Assembly: GCA_044342325.1 (NCBI GenBank)
Contig: JBIIPZ010000001.1
Span: forward strand, 79,564-143,563
Source: Terrimicrobiaceae bacterium
GTDB taxonomy: Bacteria > Verrucomicrobiota > Verrucomicrobiia > Chthoniobacterales > Terrimicrobiaceae
Length of the DNA stretch: 64,000 nucleotides
Direction of reading: 5' to 3'
This document shows positions 7,694-17,978 of this stretch, piece after piece. How positions within the stretch are numbered: position 1 is the first letter of the stretch; every line of letters starts with the position of its first letter. Under the pieces are notes generated by a model. The model was not told where the DNA came from. It ran no database searches and saw only the letters and a program-made list of their open reading frames with translations. The translations under genes were made by a program, and so were the position numbers.

Positions 7694-9580
7694 TTAGTTG
7701 GAGGTGGCCATTCCGGCGGGGATGGCGTGGACTTTTGAGCGCAGGAGTTCGAGATCGGTGAAGGTTTTGATCGACTCGATGGTCACCTTGCGAGTGCCGT
7801 TTTCGGCGGGCAGTTCCAAGGTGGTGCCTGCGGCTGCGCCGAGGAGGGCTTGGCCGACGCCGGCTTTGTAGGAGACGATGCCGAGGTCGGGTGCGCTATC
7901 CCACGCTCCGAGGATACTGAATGTTTCCTTGGAGCCGTCTTCATTTTTGACGGCGACGACGGTTCCGATGGAAACCGTGGCTGTTGACGGAGTCTCGAAG
8001 TTTGTTCCGCGGGCGATAACCAAGTCGTGTTCCATCTCGGCGCGGCGGCGTTGGAGGACGCGCTGGTGCTCCTTGGCGGCCTTGAATCCCGCGTTTTCGC
8101 GCAGATCGCCTTGTTCCTTTGCGATGTTGATGTCGCGGAGGTTTTGCGGGATTTCTTTGGTGATGAGGTTGTCGAGTTCGGCTTTGCGTTTTTCGAGGCT
8201 GGCCCAGGACACGATGAGGTTATCGGCTTTCTCTTCATCTTGATGTGCGCCGGTGATCATGCTCTGGGTATCCGGGTAGAGCTTGACGATGCGGGCCATG
8301 AGCGAGCGCTTGGAGAGGTCTTCAATCGCCGGAGTGAGCAGGAGTTTCCGCATGGAGTCGCGAACGACATCGCGGCTGGCTCCGATGAGAAGGTCGCCGA
8401 TGAGGTCTCCGTCGTCGATGAGGAGGTCCTTGAGTCGCGAGGTGCGTTTTTCAGCGAGCAGATCTGCCTCGAGTGCGCTGAAAACGGCCGCGAGTAGCTC
8501 TGCGTTGAAGAGGGCTGGGAAGCGTTTGTCGCGCTCTTTGCAGAGCCAGATGAGCATCTCGGAGGAAATCGAGCGCTCACTGATCCATTTCTCGACGGTG
8601 GCTTGGAACTGCTCCTTGCGTTTGTGTTTTTCAAACAGGCGGCAGATGTCTGAAATCAAGCGGGCGCCAGCGGTGGGGAGGAGGGCGATTGCTTTGTCGC
8701 CCCAGACTTCGCCATATGCGGGTTCGAGGGCTTCGAGCACGCGCTTTTCCTTCGAACCTGGGATGGACTCCAGAATTTGACCGAGTTTTCCAGGTTCGGA
8801 GGCGATGATATTGGCGATGGTGGGAGATTCGGCTCCGGCTTGGAGATTGGGGAATTTCTCAAGCAGGTCATCGCGGGCGATGAGAATCTCAATGGCTGAG
8901 GCTGGATTCAGACGGCGGGCGCGCAGGGCGGCTTCTTCGATGAGTGTGACGATGGCTGGGAGTTCATCTTGGCTGCCTGCGAGGTCGTCGAGGGATTTCG
9001 AAATCTCTTCAAGAGCGAGAACTTGATCGCGCGTATGGCGTGCGGAGCGGAATCCATCGAGGAGACGCGATCCCGAATTCACCGGGGTGTCCAGCAGCAC
9101 ATAGGGGTCGGTTTTTTTCGCTGGCATGCCAAATTGTCCGTCGGACTTCATTTTCTTCCGGGCGGCATCCCACCAGCGTTTCAAGGCGGCGGCGTCGAAA
9201 ACGCCTGGGCTGAGCGCAGACGCGATCTGGTCGCTTGTGGCTTTGCCACCGAAGTCTGTGAGGATTTTTTTGATCAGCGCGGAGGAGTCGGATTTTGCGA
9301 GTTCGCGAATGCTGTCCGGATTGGTCTCACGCTGGGCGAGGATGTGGTCCTCGGCGATAGGTGTGAGGGTCTCAGCCGCATAGACGGCCTGCATGGGGTG
9401 GTTTTTCTTGGTCTTGAAATCAATCAGGACCTGGCCGGCGAGAAGGTTCCATTCCGCGACACGTCCGAAGCCCCAGCTCTTGTGGGTGCAGTAGGATCCG
9501 GGCGTGAGGCGGGCGAGCCTGTCGGCAGTTTTTTTATCGAGGGCGCCGCTCTCAACGGCTTGGGCGAGTTCATCTGTCAT
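7694..9580 (-). CDS. greA: Long-form GreA/GreB transcription elongation factor with a large N-terminal extension
   Basis: C-terminal GDLRENA, VSIGTVV, ILGAWD, ISY-like SYKAGVGQALLG; GAGGGG ribosome-binding site before ATG 9580. Confidence 0.88.
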   Translation of the reverse strand: MTDELAQAVESGALDKKTADRLARLTPGSYCTHKSWGFGRVAEWNLLAGQVLIDFKTKKNHPMQAVYAAETLTPIAEDHILAQRETNPDSIRELAKSDSSALIKKILTDFGGKATSDQIASALSPGVFDAAALKRWWDAARKKMKSDGQFGMPAKKTDPYVLLDTPVNSGSRLLDGFRSARHTRDQVLALEEISKSLDDLAGSQDELPAIVTLIEEAALRARRLNPASAIEILIARDDLLEKFPNLQAGAESPTIANIIASEPGKLGQILESIPGSKEKRVLEALEPAYGEVWGDKAIALLPTAGARLISDICRLFEKHKRKEQFQATVEKWISERSISSEMLIWLCKERDKRFPALFNAELLAAVFSALEADLLAEKRTSRLKDLLIDDGDLIGDLLIGASRDVVRDSMRKLLLTPAIEDLSKRSLMARIVKLYPDTQSMITGAHQDEEKADNLIVSWASLEKRKAELDNLITKEIPQNLRDINIAKEQGDLRENAGFKAAKEHQRVLQRRRAEMEHDLVIARGTNFETPSTATVSIGTVVAVKNEDGSKETFSILGAWDSAPDLGIVSYKAGVGQALLGAAAGTTLELPAENGTRKVTIESIKTFTDLELLRSKVHAIPAGMATSN

Positions 9581-9696
9581 CCCCTCTGTTGTCACAGAAA
9601 ACCCCCTATTGATGCAAGGGGAAGAAAATCGGGGCTTCCTGTGGACGGTGAAGTTTTCCCTTGCGGGTTCGGGCCGTCGCGGCAATGTCTGCGGCC

Positions 9697-10311
9697 ATGA
9701 GCAAAACTGAGGAACAGGTATTGGTGGTGAAACGGGAATTCTTTGACGGCCTGGGAAGCTTTCAGGGCCTATGCCGGAGGGTGGATGACTACCTGCCTGC
9801 CTTCATGAAAAAGGAGAACAACTTCTTCGTGCCTCGCGGCGCGGCGGAGGAGGATCCCTCGCTCAAGCAGATCATACCCTACGCCGTTTTCCGCCATGGC
9901 GGGCGCATTCTGCATTACACACGCGGTGCGAAATCCGGCGAGAAGCGCCTCGTGGCGAAGTCCTCGATCGGCATCGGCGGCCATGTGAATGACACGGATG
10001 AGTGTCAGCATTTCGATCAAGCGACTTATCACAATGCCGTGAAGCGCGAGATCAGCGAGGAGTTGCGGCTCGGCGGCGGTTTCACCGAGCGGGCAGTTGC
10101 TTTGATCAACGACGATTCCAGCGAGGTTGGGCGGGTGCATTTGGGTATCGTGCACATCGTCGATTTGGAAAATGACAGTGTGAGCGCCGGCGAGAAGGCG
10201 ATTGCCGAGTTGGGTTTTGCCACGCGCGCTGAGTTGCTGGCGCGGCGGGATTCCTTTGAAACCTGGTCGCAGATCGTGCTCGACGGGTTGGACGAACTCG
10301 ACACCTTTTAG
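9697..10311 (+). CDS. NUDIX-family predicted phosphoesterase (COG4112/YmaB-like)
   Basis: AEEDPSLKQIIPY, GEKRL, SIGIGGHVN, REISEEL, VGRVHLG, ETWS. Confidence 0.8.
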   Translation: MSKTEEQVLVVKREFFDGLGSFQGLCRRVDDYLPAFMKKENNFFVPRGAAEEDPSLKQIIPYAVFRHGGRILHYTRGAKSGEKRLVAKSSIGIGGHVNDTDECQHFDQATYHNAVKREISEELRLGGGFTERAVALINDDSSEVGRVHLGIVHIVDLENDSVSAGEKAIAELGFATRAELLARRDSFETWSQIVLDGLDELDTF

Positions 10312-10356
10312 CCTGCGCCCTTGCATGGCGTGGCGGGGTTTCGCATGATTTCCAGC

Positions 10357-11328
10357 ATGGATTATTTGAAGCTGGCGCGCCGTGTTTTTGAGATCGAGCT
10401 TTCCGAGATCGAGGCCACGGCCGCGCGCTTGGATGGTCAGTTTGTGGCGGCCGTCGATCTCATCAAGGCAGCCGTGGAGCGGCGCAACAAAGTCGTTGTC
10501 CTTGGCGTCGGAAAATCCGGGCACATTGGCGAAAAAATAGCCGCCACGCTCACCAGCACTGGCAGCACGGCGGTCGTTCTGAATTCACTGAACGCCCTGC
10601 ATGGCGACCTCGGCATCGTTGCCGACGGGGATGTTGTGCTGGCCCTGAGCTACAGCGGGGAGACGCAGGAGTTGCTGGCTGTGCTACCTGCCATCGTCCG
10701 CTTCGGCTTGCCGATTATCGCAATCACCGGTGATAAAAATTCCTCCCTCGCTAAGGCTGCGCAGGTCGTGCTGGATGTTTCTGTGACGCAGGAGGCGTGT
10801 CCGTTGAACCTCGCGCCGACATCGAGCACGACGGCGATGCTGGTTCTCGGTGATTCGCTGGCGATGGTGCTCCTCGAGAGCCGGGGATTTCAAAAAGAGG
10901 ATTTTGCAAGGTTCCACCCCGGAGGCAGCCTCGGGCGCTCGTTGCTGCTGCGGGTGAACCAAATCATGCGGCCGGTTGCGGAGATGGCGGTCATCTCGCC
11001 GGAGACACCAATTCTGGAGGCCATCCAGGCTATGACATCCAAGCGGGCCGGTGCTGCTGTGGTCATTCATCAGGATAGCACGCTTGCCGGCATCTTCACC
11101 CACGGCGACTTCGCGAGGCACTTTCCCGAGAACCCGGGTATCGCCAATGCGCCGGTGGGGGATTTTATGAGTTTGCGGCCGGTGACTGTGGATGGCAACA
11201 AGCTCGCCGCCGAGGCGCTTCAAATTCTGGAGCGTCACCGTATCGATGATCTCGTGGTGGTCGATGAAGGGCGGCACCCGATCGGCGTTGTCGACTCGCA
11301 GGACCTCACTCGCCTGAAGATCCTTTGA
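10357..11328 (+). CDS. kdsD: KpsF/GutQ arabinose-5-phosphate isomerase with a CBS pair
   Basis: GVGKSGHIG, HGDLG, SYSGET, EACPLNLAPTSST, FHPGGSLG. Confidence 0.93.
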   Translation: MDYLKLARRVFEIELSEIEATAARLDGQFVAAVDLIKAAVERRNKVVVLGVGKSGHIGEKIAATLTSTGSTAVVLNSLNALHGDLGIVADGDVVLALSYSGETQELLAVLPAIVRFGLPIIAITGDKNSSLAKAAQVVLDVSVTQEACPLNLAPTSSTTAMLVLGDSLAMVLLESRGFQKEDFARFHPGGSLGRSLLLRVNQIMRPVAEMAVISPETPILEAIQAMTSKRAGAAVVIHQDSTLAGIFTHGDFARHFPENPGIANAPVGDFMSLRPVTVDGNKLAAEALQILERHRIDDLVVVDEGRHPIGVVDSQDLTRLKIL

Positions 11329-11894
11329 TTCTCGCCTTCCACAAACCCTACGGCGTGCTCTCGCAGTTCACGCCGGATGGCAGCGCGAACCGTCCGCTGG
11401 CGGAGTTTGGATTTCCGAAGGGGGTTTATCCTGTCGGGCGTCTGGATGCGGACTCTGAGGGATTGCTTTTGCTCTCTGACGAGGCGCGTTGGAATGAGCG
11501 TCTGCTCTCGCCCTCCAATCATGTGGAAAAAACCTACCATGTCCTTGTCGAGCGATTGCCTGACGAGTCGGCGCTGCGGCAGCTTCGCGATGGCGTCGTG
11601 CTTGACGGGAAGCCCACGCTGTCTGCAGGTGCCGGATTTTTGGATCCCCAGCCGGAATTTCCGCCGCGCGATCCTCCGGTTCGTTTTCGAAAAAATGTGC
11701 AGGATTTCTGGATCGAGTTGCGCCTGCGCGAGGGGCGGAACAGGCAGGTGCGGCGCATGACGGCTGCGGTCGGGCATCCGACGCTGCGGTTGGTGCGCAT
11801 GGCGATTGGGGGAGTTCGGCTCGGGAGTTTGGTTTGTGGAAGTTGGCGGGAATTGACGGTCGGGGAGATCGGGATGCTGACGGGCGGATCGTGA
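11325..11894 (+). CDS. rluE: rRNA pseudouridine synthase (RluE/RsuA family)
   Basis: FHKPYGVLSQF, GRLDADSEGLLLL, EGRNRQVRRMTAAVGHPTLRLVR. Confidence 0.85.
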   Translation: MILAFHKPYGVLSQFTPDGSANRPLAEFGFPKGVYPVGRLDADSEGLLLLSDEARWNERLLSPSNHVEKTYHVLVERLPDESALRQLRDGVVLDGKPTLSAGAGFLDPQPEFPPRDPPVRFRKNVQDFWIELRLREGRNRQVRRMTAAVGHPTLRLVRMAIGGVRLGSLVCGSWRELTVGEIGMLTGGS

Positions 11895-11917
11895 GAGACG
11901 CCGCTTCGCGGCTGAGA

Positions 11918-11947
11918 AATGGGGCATGCGAGACGATGCCCCTCCCA
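11918..11947. repeat. Single REP hairpin of the same family (reverse orientation)
   Basis: aatggggcatgcgagacgatgcccctccca is the reverse-complement variant of tgggagggtcagcgtctcgcctgaccc. Confidence 0.7.
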
Positions 11948-11970
11948 GATTTACGAATCGCGCCGGCGGG

Positions 11971-12345
11971 CTATTTCTGGGGGAGGAGCGTCAACTGCGA
12001 GGCCTTAGTCACCTTGATTTGTGTCTTGGATTTGTAGGCTTCGAGGATTCCTCGCACTTCCACGCGCTGGCCTTTGTATTTTTCGAGATCGCCGATGGCT
12101 TTGTAGGCAGCTGGAAAAATCGCTGCCACGAATCCGCGCTCGCGGTCGGTGGTGAAATCAAGGAAGCGAATCTTGTCGGCGTCGCTTTTGCCTACGGAGA
12201 TCACTTTGCCCCGCACTACGGCTTCTTGTCCGATGGATGCAAAAAGTTTCTCCGTCTTTCGGGCGTCGATGGAAGGCGTTTTGCCTGCGAGTGCGGTGTG
12301 GCAGATAGCCAGCACCAACGCGACCGGGATAAAAAACCGACTCAT
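11971..12345 (-). CDS. Exported OB-fold-like hypothetical protein
   Basis: Signal peptide; GQEAVVRGKV...FLDF...F.AAIF...GQRVEVRG.L..Y...QIKV..ASQL. Confidence 0.65.
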   Translation of the reverse strand: MSRFFIPVALVLAICHTALAGKTPSIDARKTEKLFASIGQEAVVRGKVISVGKSDADKIRFLDFTTDRERGFVAAIFPAAYKAIGDLEKYKGQRVEVRGILEAYKSKTQIKVTKASQLTLLPQK

Positions 12346-12355
12346 TTGAGGAGTT

Positions 12356-12733
12356 TTACTCAAAGCCCATGCCCAGGCAGTCGAGCATTTTGGTTGTGAG
12401 ATCCTTCTCGAAAAATGGCTTGGTCATGTAGGCCGTGGCTCCGGCCTTGATGGCTGTGATGATTGCATCCTTGCTGCCTTCTGTGGTCAGCATGAGCACG
12501 GGGAGTGATTTCCAGCGTTCGTCGGCGCGGATGCGAGTGAGAAATTCGAGCCCATTCATGTTCGGCATATTCCAGTCCAGGCAAACGAGTGAGAACCCCT
12601 GGGGGTCGGCTTCGAGGACGCCAAGGGCTATGTGTCCATCCTCTGCGGGAACGCACTCTGCACCTATAACCGATGCGGCAGAGGCCACGATGCGGCGAAT
12701 AAGCATGGAGTCATCAACAGCTAAGACTTTCAT
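12356..12733 (-). CDS. cheY: Single-domain response regulator, CheY-like
   Basis: VDDS, LDWNMP.MNG, MLTTE, KPF; last gene of the che operon. Confidence 0.88.
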   Translation of the reverse strand: MKVLAVDDSMLIRRIVASAASVIGAECVPAEDGHIALGVLEADPQGFSLVCLDWNMPNMNGLEFLTRIRADERWKSLPVLMLTTEGSKDAIITAIKAGATAYMTKPFFEKDLTTKMLDCLGMGFE

Positions 12734-12807
12734 AGTTTGGGGCGGGCTTCTGAAATGTAGGATTTTGAAAAAAACAAGCAATACGAATTCATGGTAGTCG
12801 TATTGAA

Positions 12808-13902
12808 CTAAGTTCCCAGAGTCTGGATAATGAGCGAATGCCAACCAGTCGAATAAGTCTCATATCCGGGAGAGGTCGCCACCGCGAAGAGGGTGGGAAT
12901 GCCGTGGTCTTCAGCGATGGTGAAGCCCTTTCCTTGGAGGATGAAGGATTCAAGGTGTGAAATGTTTACCCGGTCTTTCAGGATGGCATTTTTTGAGTCA
13001 GCCAAGATTGTTCCGGAAGGGTCTATTATGCAAACTCTTGAGACTTCTTTTTCGGAGGGCGATAGAGGCGTGCGGTGGACGATGGTCTGGGCGAGCGCTT
13101 CCCAGTTGAAGAGAATGCCCAAGACGCCGATCAATTCTCCATTCGGCTGTCCGTCGCGGCGGACTCCGCAGGAGTAGGCCAGAATGTGCTGTCCTTGGAC
13201 CAATGGGGAGGCATGGACTGTTTCGAAGCCGAAATCATCACCGCTTGCAGAGGTGCGAGCTTTGCGGAACCACTCGTTGGCCGCCACATTCATGCCGATG
13301 GATTTGTATTTTCCTGAGCGACCGTTTGCTATGACGGTTCCGTTGAGATCACACAACACGATGTCGTAATAAACGGTGTAGGCGTTCAAGATGACTCCCA
13401 AGCGTTCACAGGCATGGCGTGATGAGTCGGTGCCGGGGAAGGTGAGGGCATTGACCGCACTGGCATCGGTGGCCCACCAGCGGACATCGCAGGAGCGCTC
13501 GTAGAGGTTGCGGTCGATGAGATCTATGTTGGTAAGAGCGAGATCAACAAGGCGTCCACCGCGCACTACGGAATCCAAGCGGTCGCTGATTTCAGAGAGT
13601 TGCGTGATGTCATGCTTGGTTTCCTCGGCGAGGCCCTCAGCGACTTGTGCGGTATTGGTTGAGAGGTTTCCGATTTCATTGGCGACCACGGCGAAGGTGC
13701 GCCCTGCGTCACCGGCTTTGGCGGCTTGAATCTGCGCGTTGAAGGACAAAAGTCGAACGCGCATGTTGATGTCGTCGATTTGCCTCAGCGAGTTGTTCAT
13801 CTTACTCGAAATGCTCTTGGAGAGGTGGCGGATGCTTTCGATCCACTTATCGAAGGAATCGGTTTTTGCCGGGTCGGAAGGTTGGATTTGTTGAGTTGCC
13901 AT
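12808..13902 (-). CDS. Soluble chemoreceptor-like protein: short MCP signalling hairpin plus C-terminal Cache-like domain
   Basis: RLLSFNAQIQAAKAGDAGRTFAVVANEI tip motif, then IDRNLYERSCDVRWWATD...; no transmembrane segment. Confidence 0.8.
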   Translation of the reverse strand: MATQQIQPSDPAKTDSFDKWIESIRHLSKSISSKMNNSLRQIDDINMRVRLLSFNAQIQAAKAGDAGRTFAVVANEIGNLSTNTAQVAEGLAEETKHDITQLSEISDRLDSVVRGGRLVDLALTNIDLIDRNLYERSCDVRWWATDASAVNALTFPGTDSSRHACERLGVILNAYTVYYDIVLCDLNGTVIANGRSGKYKSIGMNVAANEWFRKARTSASGDDFGFETVHASPLVQGQHILAYSCGVRRDGQPNGELIGVLGILFNWEALAQTIVHRTPLSPSEKEVSRVCIIDPSGTILADSKNAILKDRVNISHLESFILQGKGFTIAEDHGIPTLFAVATSPGYETYSTGWHSLIIQTLGT

Positions 13903-13933
13903 AAGTATTAGGATTTTATTATTGAGCTAATTT

Positions 13934-14785
13934 TTATTTCCTTCTGTAAAAGTAGGATCCGGCCACATTTTCCGTTGAAAAGAGATGCTGATGCGTGAAG
14001 AGGGATTCTGTTCCACCAAGCATGAGGTGTCCATTAGGTAAAATAACCTGCGCAAGTCGGGTGAAGAGGTCTTTTTTAAAATCTTCCTCGAAGTAAATGG
14101 CGACATTCCGGCAGAGCACTAAATCAAAAAGGCCCAGAATCGAGAGATCGTCTTGGAGGTTTCTTTTTTTGAATGTCACCATCGATCGAATCTCAGGCTT
14201 CAATGTCCATGTATTTCCGGGAGTGGATTCAAAGAAGTTGTTCTTCCAATAATCCGGCAGGCCGCGTGAGATTTCGAGTTGGCTGTAACGGCCGGCGGAT
14301 GCCAAAAAAAGCGTTCCTGGGGAGATGTCGAAGCCAGTAATTTCAAACGATGAGAGGTTCACGCCGCCCAACATGCCAGAGGCCTTCAGTTTATGGAGAA
14401 GGAGGGCGATGGAGTAGGGCTCTTGGCCTGTGGAGCAGGCAGCGCTGAGGATACGAATGCGAGATTTTTTACCGGTCTGAAGAAGTTTTCCTAGTTCTGG
14501 AAGAATCGAATTTTCAAGTGATTCCCAAGGCCGCGTGTCGCGAAACCAGTAGGTCTCGTGGGTTGTCATGGAGTCGATGATTTTATCGCGCAGGCGGCCT
14601 GTGGCGTCCGCTTTCGCCATGCGTATGAACTCCGGAATATCAGCGGCTCCGCTTTCGGCGATGATTTTGCCGAGGCGCGCCTCAAAGAGGTAGCGTTTTT
14701 CCTCGCCTAAGTGAATGCAGCAGGCTTGAGCAACATATTCCGAGAGAAGTCCCAATTGGTTCGGGTTTTTAGAGAAATCAAACAT
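13934..14785 (-). CDS. cheR: Chemotaxis protein-glutamate O-methyltransferase
   Basis: TTHETYWFRD, SAACSTGQEPYS, DIS, LCRNVAIYF. Confidence 0.95.
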   Translation of the reverse strand: MFDFSKNPNQLGLLSEYVAQACCIHLGEEKRYLFEARLGKIIAESGAADIPEFIRMAKADATGRLRDKIIDSMTTHETYWFRDTRPWESLENSILPELGKLLQTGKKSRIRILSAACSTGQEPYSIALLLHKLKASGMLGGVNLSSFEITGFDISPGTLFLASAGRYSQLEISRGLPDYWKNNFFESTPGNTWTLKPEIRSMVTFKKRNLQDDLSILGLFDLVLCRNVAIYFEEDFKKDLFTRLAQVILPNGHLMLGGTESLFTHQHLFSTENVAGSYFYRRK

Positions 14786-14813
14786 ATGCCCAGAGATTTA
14801 TCGCCCTTGATAA

Positions 14814-15872
14814 TTAAAGTCTGAAAAGTTTGTTAATGCGGGGGCCGATTTCTTGAAGTGGCAAGATTTCGTTGCTCAAATGCCTCTGAGCAATGGCCTG
14901 AGGCATTCCATAAACTGTAGATGTTGCTGCATCCTGAGCGATGCACCACGTGGGCAATGCGTGTTGCAAGGTCGCTACGCCATCGGCTCCATCAGATCCC
15001 ATCCCTGTGAGAATAATGGCAATAGCTCCGCGCAGGTTGCATTTGGCAGCGGAAGTGAAAAGAACATCCACCGAAGGGCGGCAAGATTGCACATGTGGGC
15101 TGCTAGTGATGCGGGTTTGAATTTTTCCTGCATCGTTTCGAAAGATTTCCAAGTGGAAGCCTCCCGGGGCTATGAGCACTTCTCCTGGTATGGGAATATC
15201 GCCGTTTGAAGCCTCTTTGATCGTAAGCCCGCTGATTTTGTCCAACTGCTCGGCCAAGGACTTGGTGAAAGTGGCGGGCATGTGTTGCACGAGCAAGATG
15301 GGAACCGGAAGCTTGGCCGAAATAATTGGAAGAACCGTGGAAAGGGCATTCGGCCCGCCAGTTGACACGCCTATGAGAACCAATTCAGGAAATGGCGGTG
15401 GTTGGAGGCGCTTGATCGGTGCCGCTGCCGTTGGACTGCTTGGCTCGGGAGCAGCATGCAAGGCCGAAGCCGAGGCGCCACGAAGGCGCGCCATCGTGGC
15501 AACTTTGCGAATATCTGCTTTAAGAGCCTCCATTCCAGACTCAAATGAGGAGCCTGAGGGTTTTGGAATGAAATCCATCGCTCCGTGAGACAGACAGCCG
15601 ATCGTGATTTCTGCATCTCGGCCTGTGGCTCCGCTCACCATGACCACCGGCAAACCGGGGTGGGACTGCTTAATTTTCTCGAGCGTTTGCGATCCGCTCA
15701 TTTGATCCATGAAAACGTCCAGCAGAACAAGGTCGAACTTTTCAGATTCGAGACGCTTGAGCGCCAGCTCGCCGCCCGAGACAGCTACGGTTTCCGCTCC
15801 CGGAACGCTTGAAGCAGCGTCCGAGAGAAGTTTCCGATAAAGTGCTGAATCGTCAACGACAAGAATTCTCAT
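14814..15872 (-). CDS. cheB: Chemotaxis methylesterase (receiver plus CheB domain)
   Basis: GVSTGGP, VQHMP, RPSVDVLF, LTGMGSDG, VYGMP. Confidence 0.95.
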   Translation of the reverse strand: MRILVVDDSALYRKLLSDAASSVPGAETVAVSGGELALKRLESEKFDLVLLDVFMDQMSGSQTLEKIKQSHPGLPVVMVSGATGRDAEITIGCLSHGAMDFIPKPSGSSFESGMEALKADIRKVATMARLRGASASALHAAPEPSSPTAAAPIKRLQPPPFPELVLIGVSTGGPNALSTVLPIISAKLPVPILLVQHMPATFTKSLAEQLDKISGLTIKEASNGDIPIPGEVLIAPGGFHLEIFRNDAGKIQTRITSSPHVQSCRPSVDVLFTSAAKCNLRGAIAIILTGMGSDGADGVATLQHALPTWCIAQDAATSTVYGMPQAIAQRHLSNEILPLQEIGPRINKLFRL

Positions 15873-15887
15873 GAAACAATGGCAGGG

Positions 15888-17972
15888 TTACAACTTGAAT
15901 CGATTCACGAGTTGGCCGAGGGAACCGGCAAGGTGGCTCAGTTCCCCAGCGCTCGAGCTGATGCGCGAGGCTCCTTTGGCGGATTCGCTGGCGGCTTGGG
16001 AGACGCCGTTGATATTGCGTGAGACTTCATCCGCGCCGGCAGAGGCGTTCTTCACATTTTCGGACAGGCTCTTTGTGGAGGATGTCACATTGTGCAGTGA
16101 ACGAACGATTTCTGATGTGGTCGCGGATTGTTCTTCGACAGCTGCCGCAATGCTGGAAGCGATCTGGCTGACTTGTTCGATGACCTTGGCCACATCATCA
16201 ATCGCTTCCATGGAATTTGAGGTATTTTCCTGGATGAGACTGACCTGAAGTCGGATGTCCTGAGTCGCTGCTGCAGACTGGCGGGCGAGTTCCTTGACCT
16301 CGTTGGCCACGACGGCGAATCCTCGACCGGCTTCACCGGCGCTGGCGGCTTCAATGGTTGCGTTGAGCGCCAACAGGTTTGTCTGCTCGGCGATTTGGTT
16401 GATGAGTTCTACGATTTTTCCGATCTGGCGCGCCGATTCGTCGAGCTTGATCATAAGCTCGCGTGTCTGACGGGCTTGTGAATCCGCCTTGCGGGCGATT
16501 TCTGATTCTTGGGTGCAGTTGCGAGCTACCTCTTGGATGGATGAGGACATTTCCTCCACGGCAGCGGCTACGGTGGTGGCGGATTGGCTGATCTCGCCGG
16601 CCGATGCTGTCATGGATTTGGAATTGATTGCAAGTTCTTCTCCTGCAGCAGCGACTGTATGGGCTTGCACATTGGTTTGCTCCGCGCCTGCGGCTTGCGA
16701 ATTCGCGGTCTCGGTAAGGATCGAGGCGGATTCCGTCAGTGCTTCGGATGTATGCGTGATTTCCTGCACCATCTTGCGAAGGTTCTCGATGCAAGTATCC
16801 ACCGAGTTGGCAAGAACGCCCACCTCATCACCGCGCTTGAGTTTGACGCTGCCACTCAGGTCGCCATCAGCCAGTTTTTTCACGGCTTGGGCGCATGCCA
16901 CGATCGGTTTGCTAATCGAGCGACCGATGATCACTGCAGCGGCAAACATGAAGATAACGGCACAGATCGATATGGTCCAAGTGATTTCCACCACACGCTT
17001 GAGCAAGTCCTGCTCATGAACGCTCACAAGAACATGCCAATTGGCATTTGGGTATCCTAAAACGCCCTTGCTTCTGGCTGCGCCATAAACCGTCCACTCT
17101 TTGTGGATGGGATCAAATTCCCTGCCGATCGAGGAGGTTTTGGAAAGAATGTCTTTGGCGGCTTCTCTTCCTTCGGCAACAATGTTTTCGGTAAGAATGA
17201 CTTTGGAATCTTTGATAAAATCTTCGCTTCCTGTGGCAGATGGGTCCAGTTTTCCGAGCACAAGGCCATGCTCGTTCAAAAGTGATATCTCAGTGGATAA
17301 AATTCCACTTTCCTTCATTTGAACGTAGGGTTTGTGTAAGATGTTTTCGACGAATGTCATGTCTGCAAAATTCTTCCAGACGCCCAAGAATTCTCCATTT
17401 TTCCCCGTGATCGGCGCAGCGAACCCGATGGTTTCGAATTCTATGCCGAGGAGTTTATTGACATCTAGGTCTCGAGCCGGCTGGCCTACAACGGTGCCAG
17501 TCAAGGTATCCGATGCCGTGAAACGGCCTTGTTTGGCATTGACAAACCAGTCTGCACCGGAAAAGTCTTTACCCAAAAGGTAGCTGGAGTCGATCGACTT
17601 TCCTAAAGCATCCAAAGAATTGACTGCAACAACCTTGCCATTTGCGTCAACGATGAGGCTGATCGGGTAGCACCCGTAGAGTCTCACATAGGTATTGATG
17701 GCCTCTGTAAGAGAAGAAGAGTCTTTTTCCTCACCGCCTAGAAAATTTTTGGCCACTGGGTTTGAGGCAAAGGCTTGCACATCACCATAGCGTTCGAAGA
17801 GATTTCGTTCGATGATTTCGATCGAGGCATCCGCATGGGCCAGAAGTTGTTTCTTGGAAAAGTCGGCGATGCGGTTGGCGGAGTTCAGGCCAAAGATGGT
17901 CAATGCCATCACTGGAATCAGGCCACCTATGGCCATGCTGATGATAAGCCGTGTTGAGAGGTTGATTTTCAT
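15888..17972 (-). CDS. Methyl-accepting chemotaxis protein (TM-Cache-TM-HAMP-MCP signal)
   Basis: Two transmembrane helices, HAMP (GDL...DEVG.L), [34 protein letters not shown]. Confidence 0.95.
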   Translation of the reverse strand: MKINLSTRLIISMAIGGLIPVMALTIFGLNSANRIADFSKKQLLAHADASIEIIERNLFERYGDVQAFASNPVAKNFLGGEEKDSSSLTEAINTYVRLYGCYPISLIVDANGKVVAVNSLDALGKSIDSSYLLGKDFSGADWFVNAKQGRFTASDTLTGTVVGQPARDLDVNKLLGIEFETIGFAAPITGKNGEFLGVWKNFADMTFVENILHKPYVQMKESGILSTEISLLNEHGLVLGKLDPSATGSEDFIKDSKVILTENIVAEGREAAKDILSKTSSIGREFDPIHKEWTVYGAARSKGVLGYPNANWHVLVSVHEQDLLKRVVEITWTISICAVIFMFAAAVIIGRSISKPIVACAQAVKKLADGDLSGSVKLKRGDEVGVLANSVDTCIENLRKMVQEITHTSEALTESASILTETANSQAAGAEQTNVQAHTVAAAGEELAINSKSMTASAGEISQSATTVAAAVEEMSSSIQEVARNCTQESEIARKADSQARQTRELMIKLDESARQIGKIVELINQIAEQTNLLALNATIEAASAGEAGRGFAVVANEVKELARQSAAATQDIRLQVSLIQENTSNSMEAIDDVAKVIEQVSQIASSIAAAVEEQSATTSEIVRSLHNVTSSTKSLSENVKNASAGADEVSRNINGVSQAASESAKGASRISSSAGELSHLAGSLGQLVNRFKL

Positions 17973-17978
17973 GGTATT

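Noticed and set aside
7694..9580. 628-aa GreA as a novelty
   Set aside because: Long GreA forms are already known from Chlamydiae, spirochaetes and related lineages.
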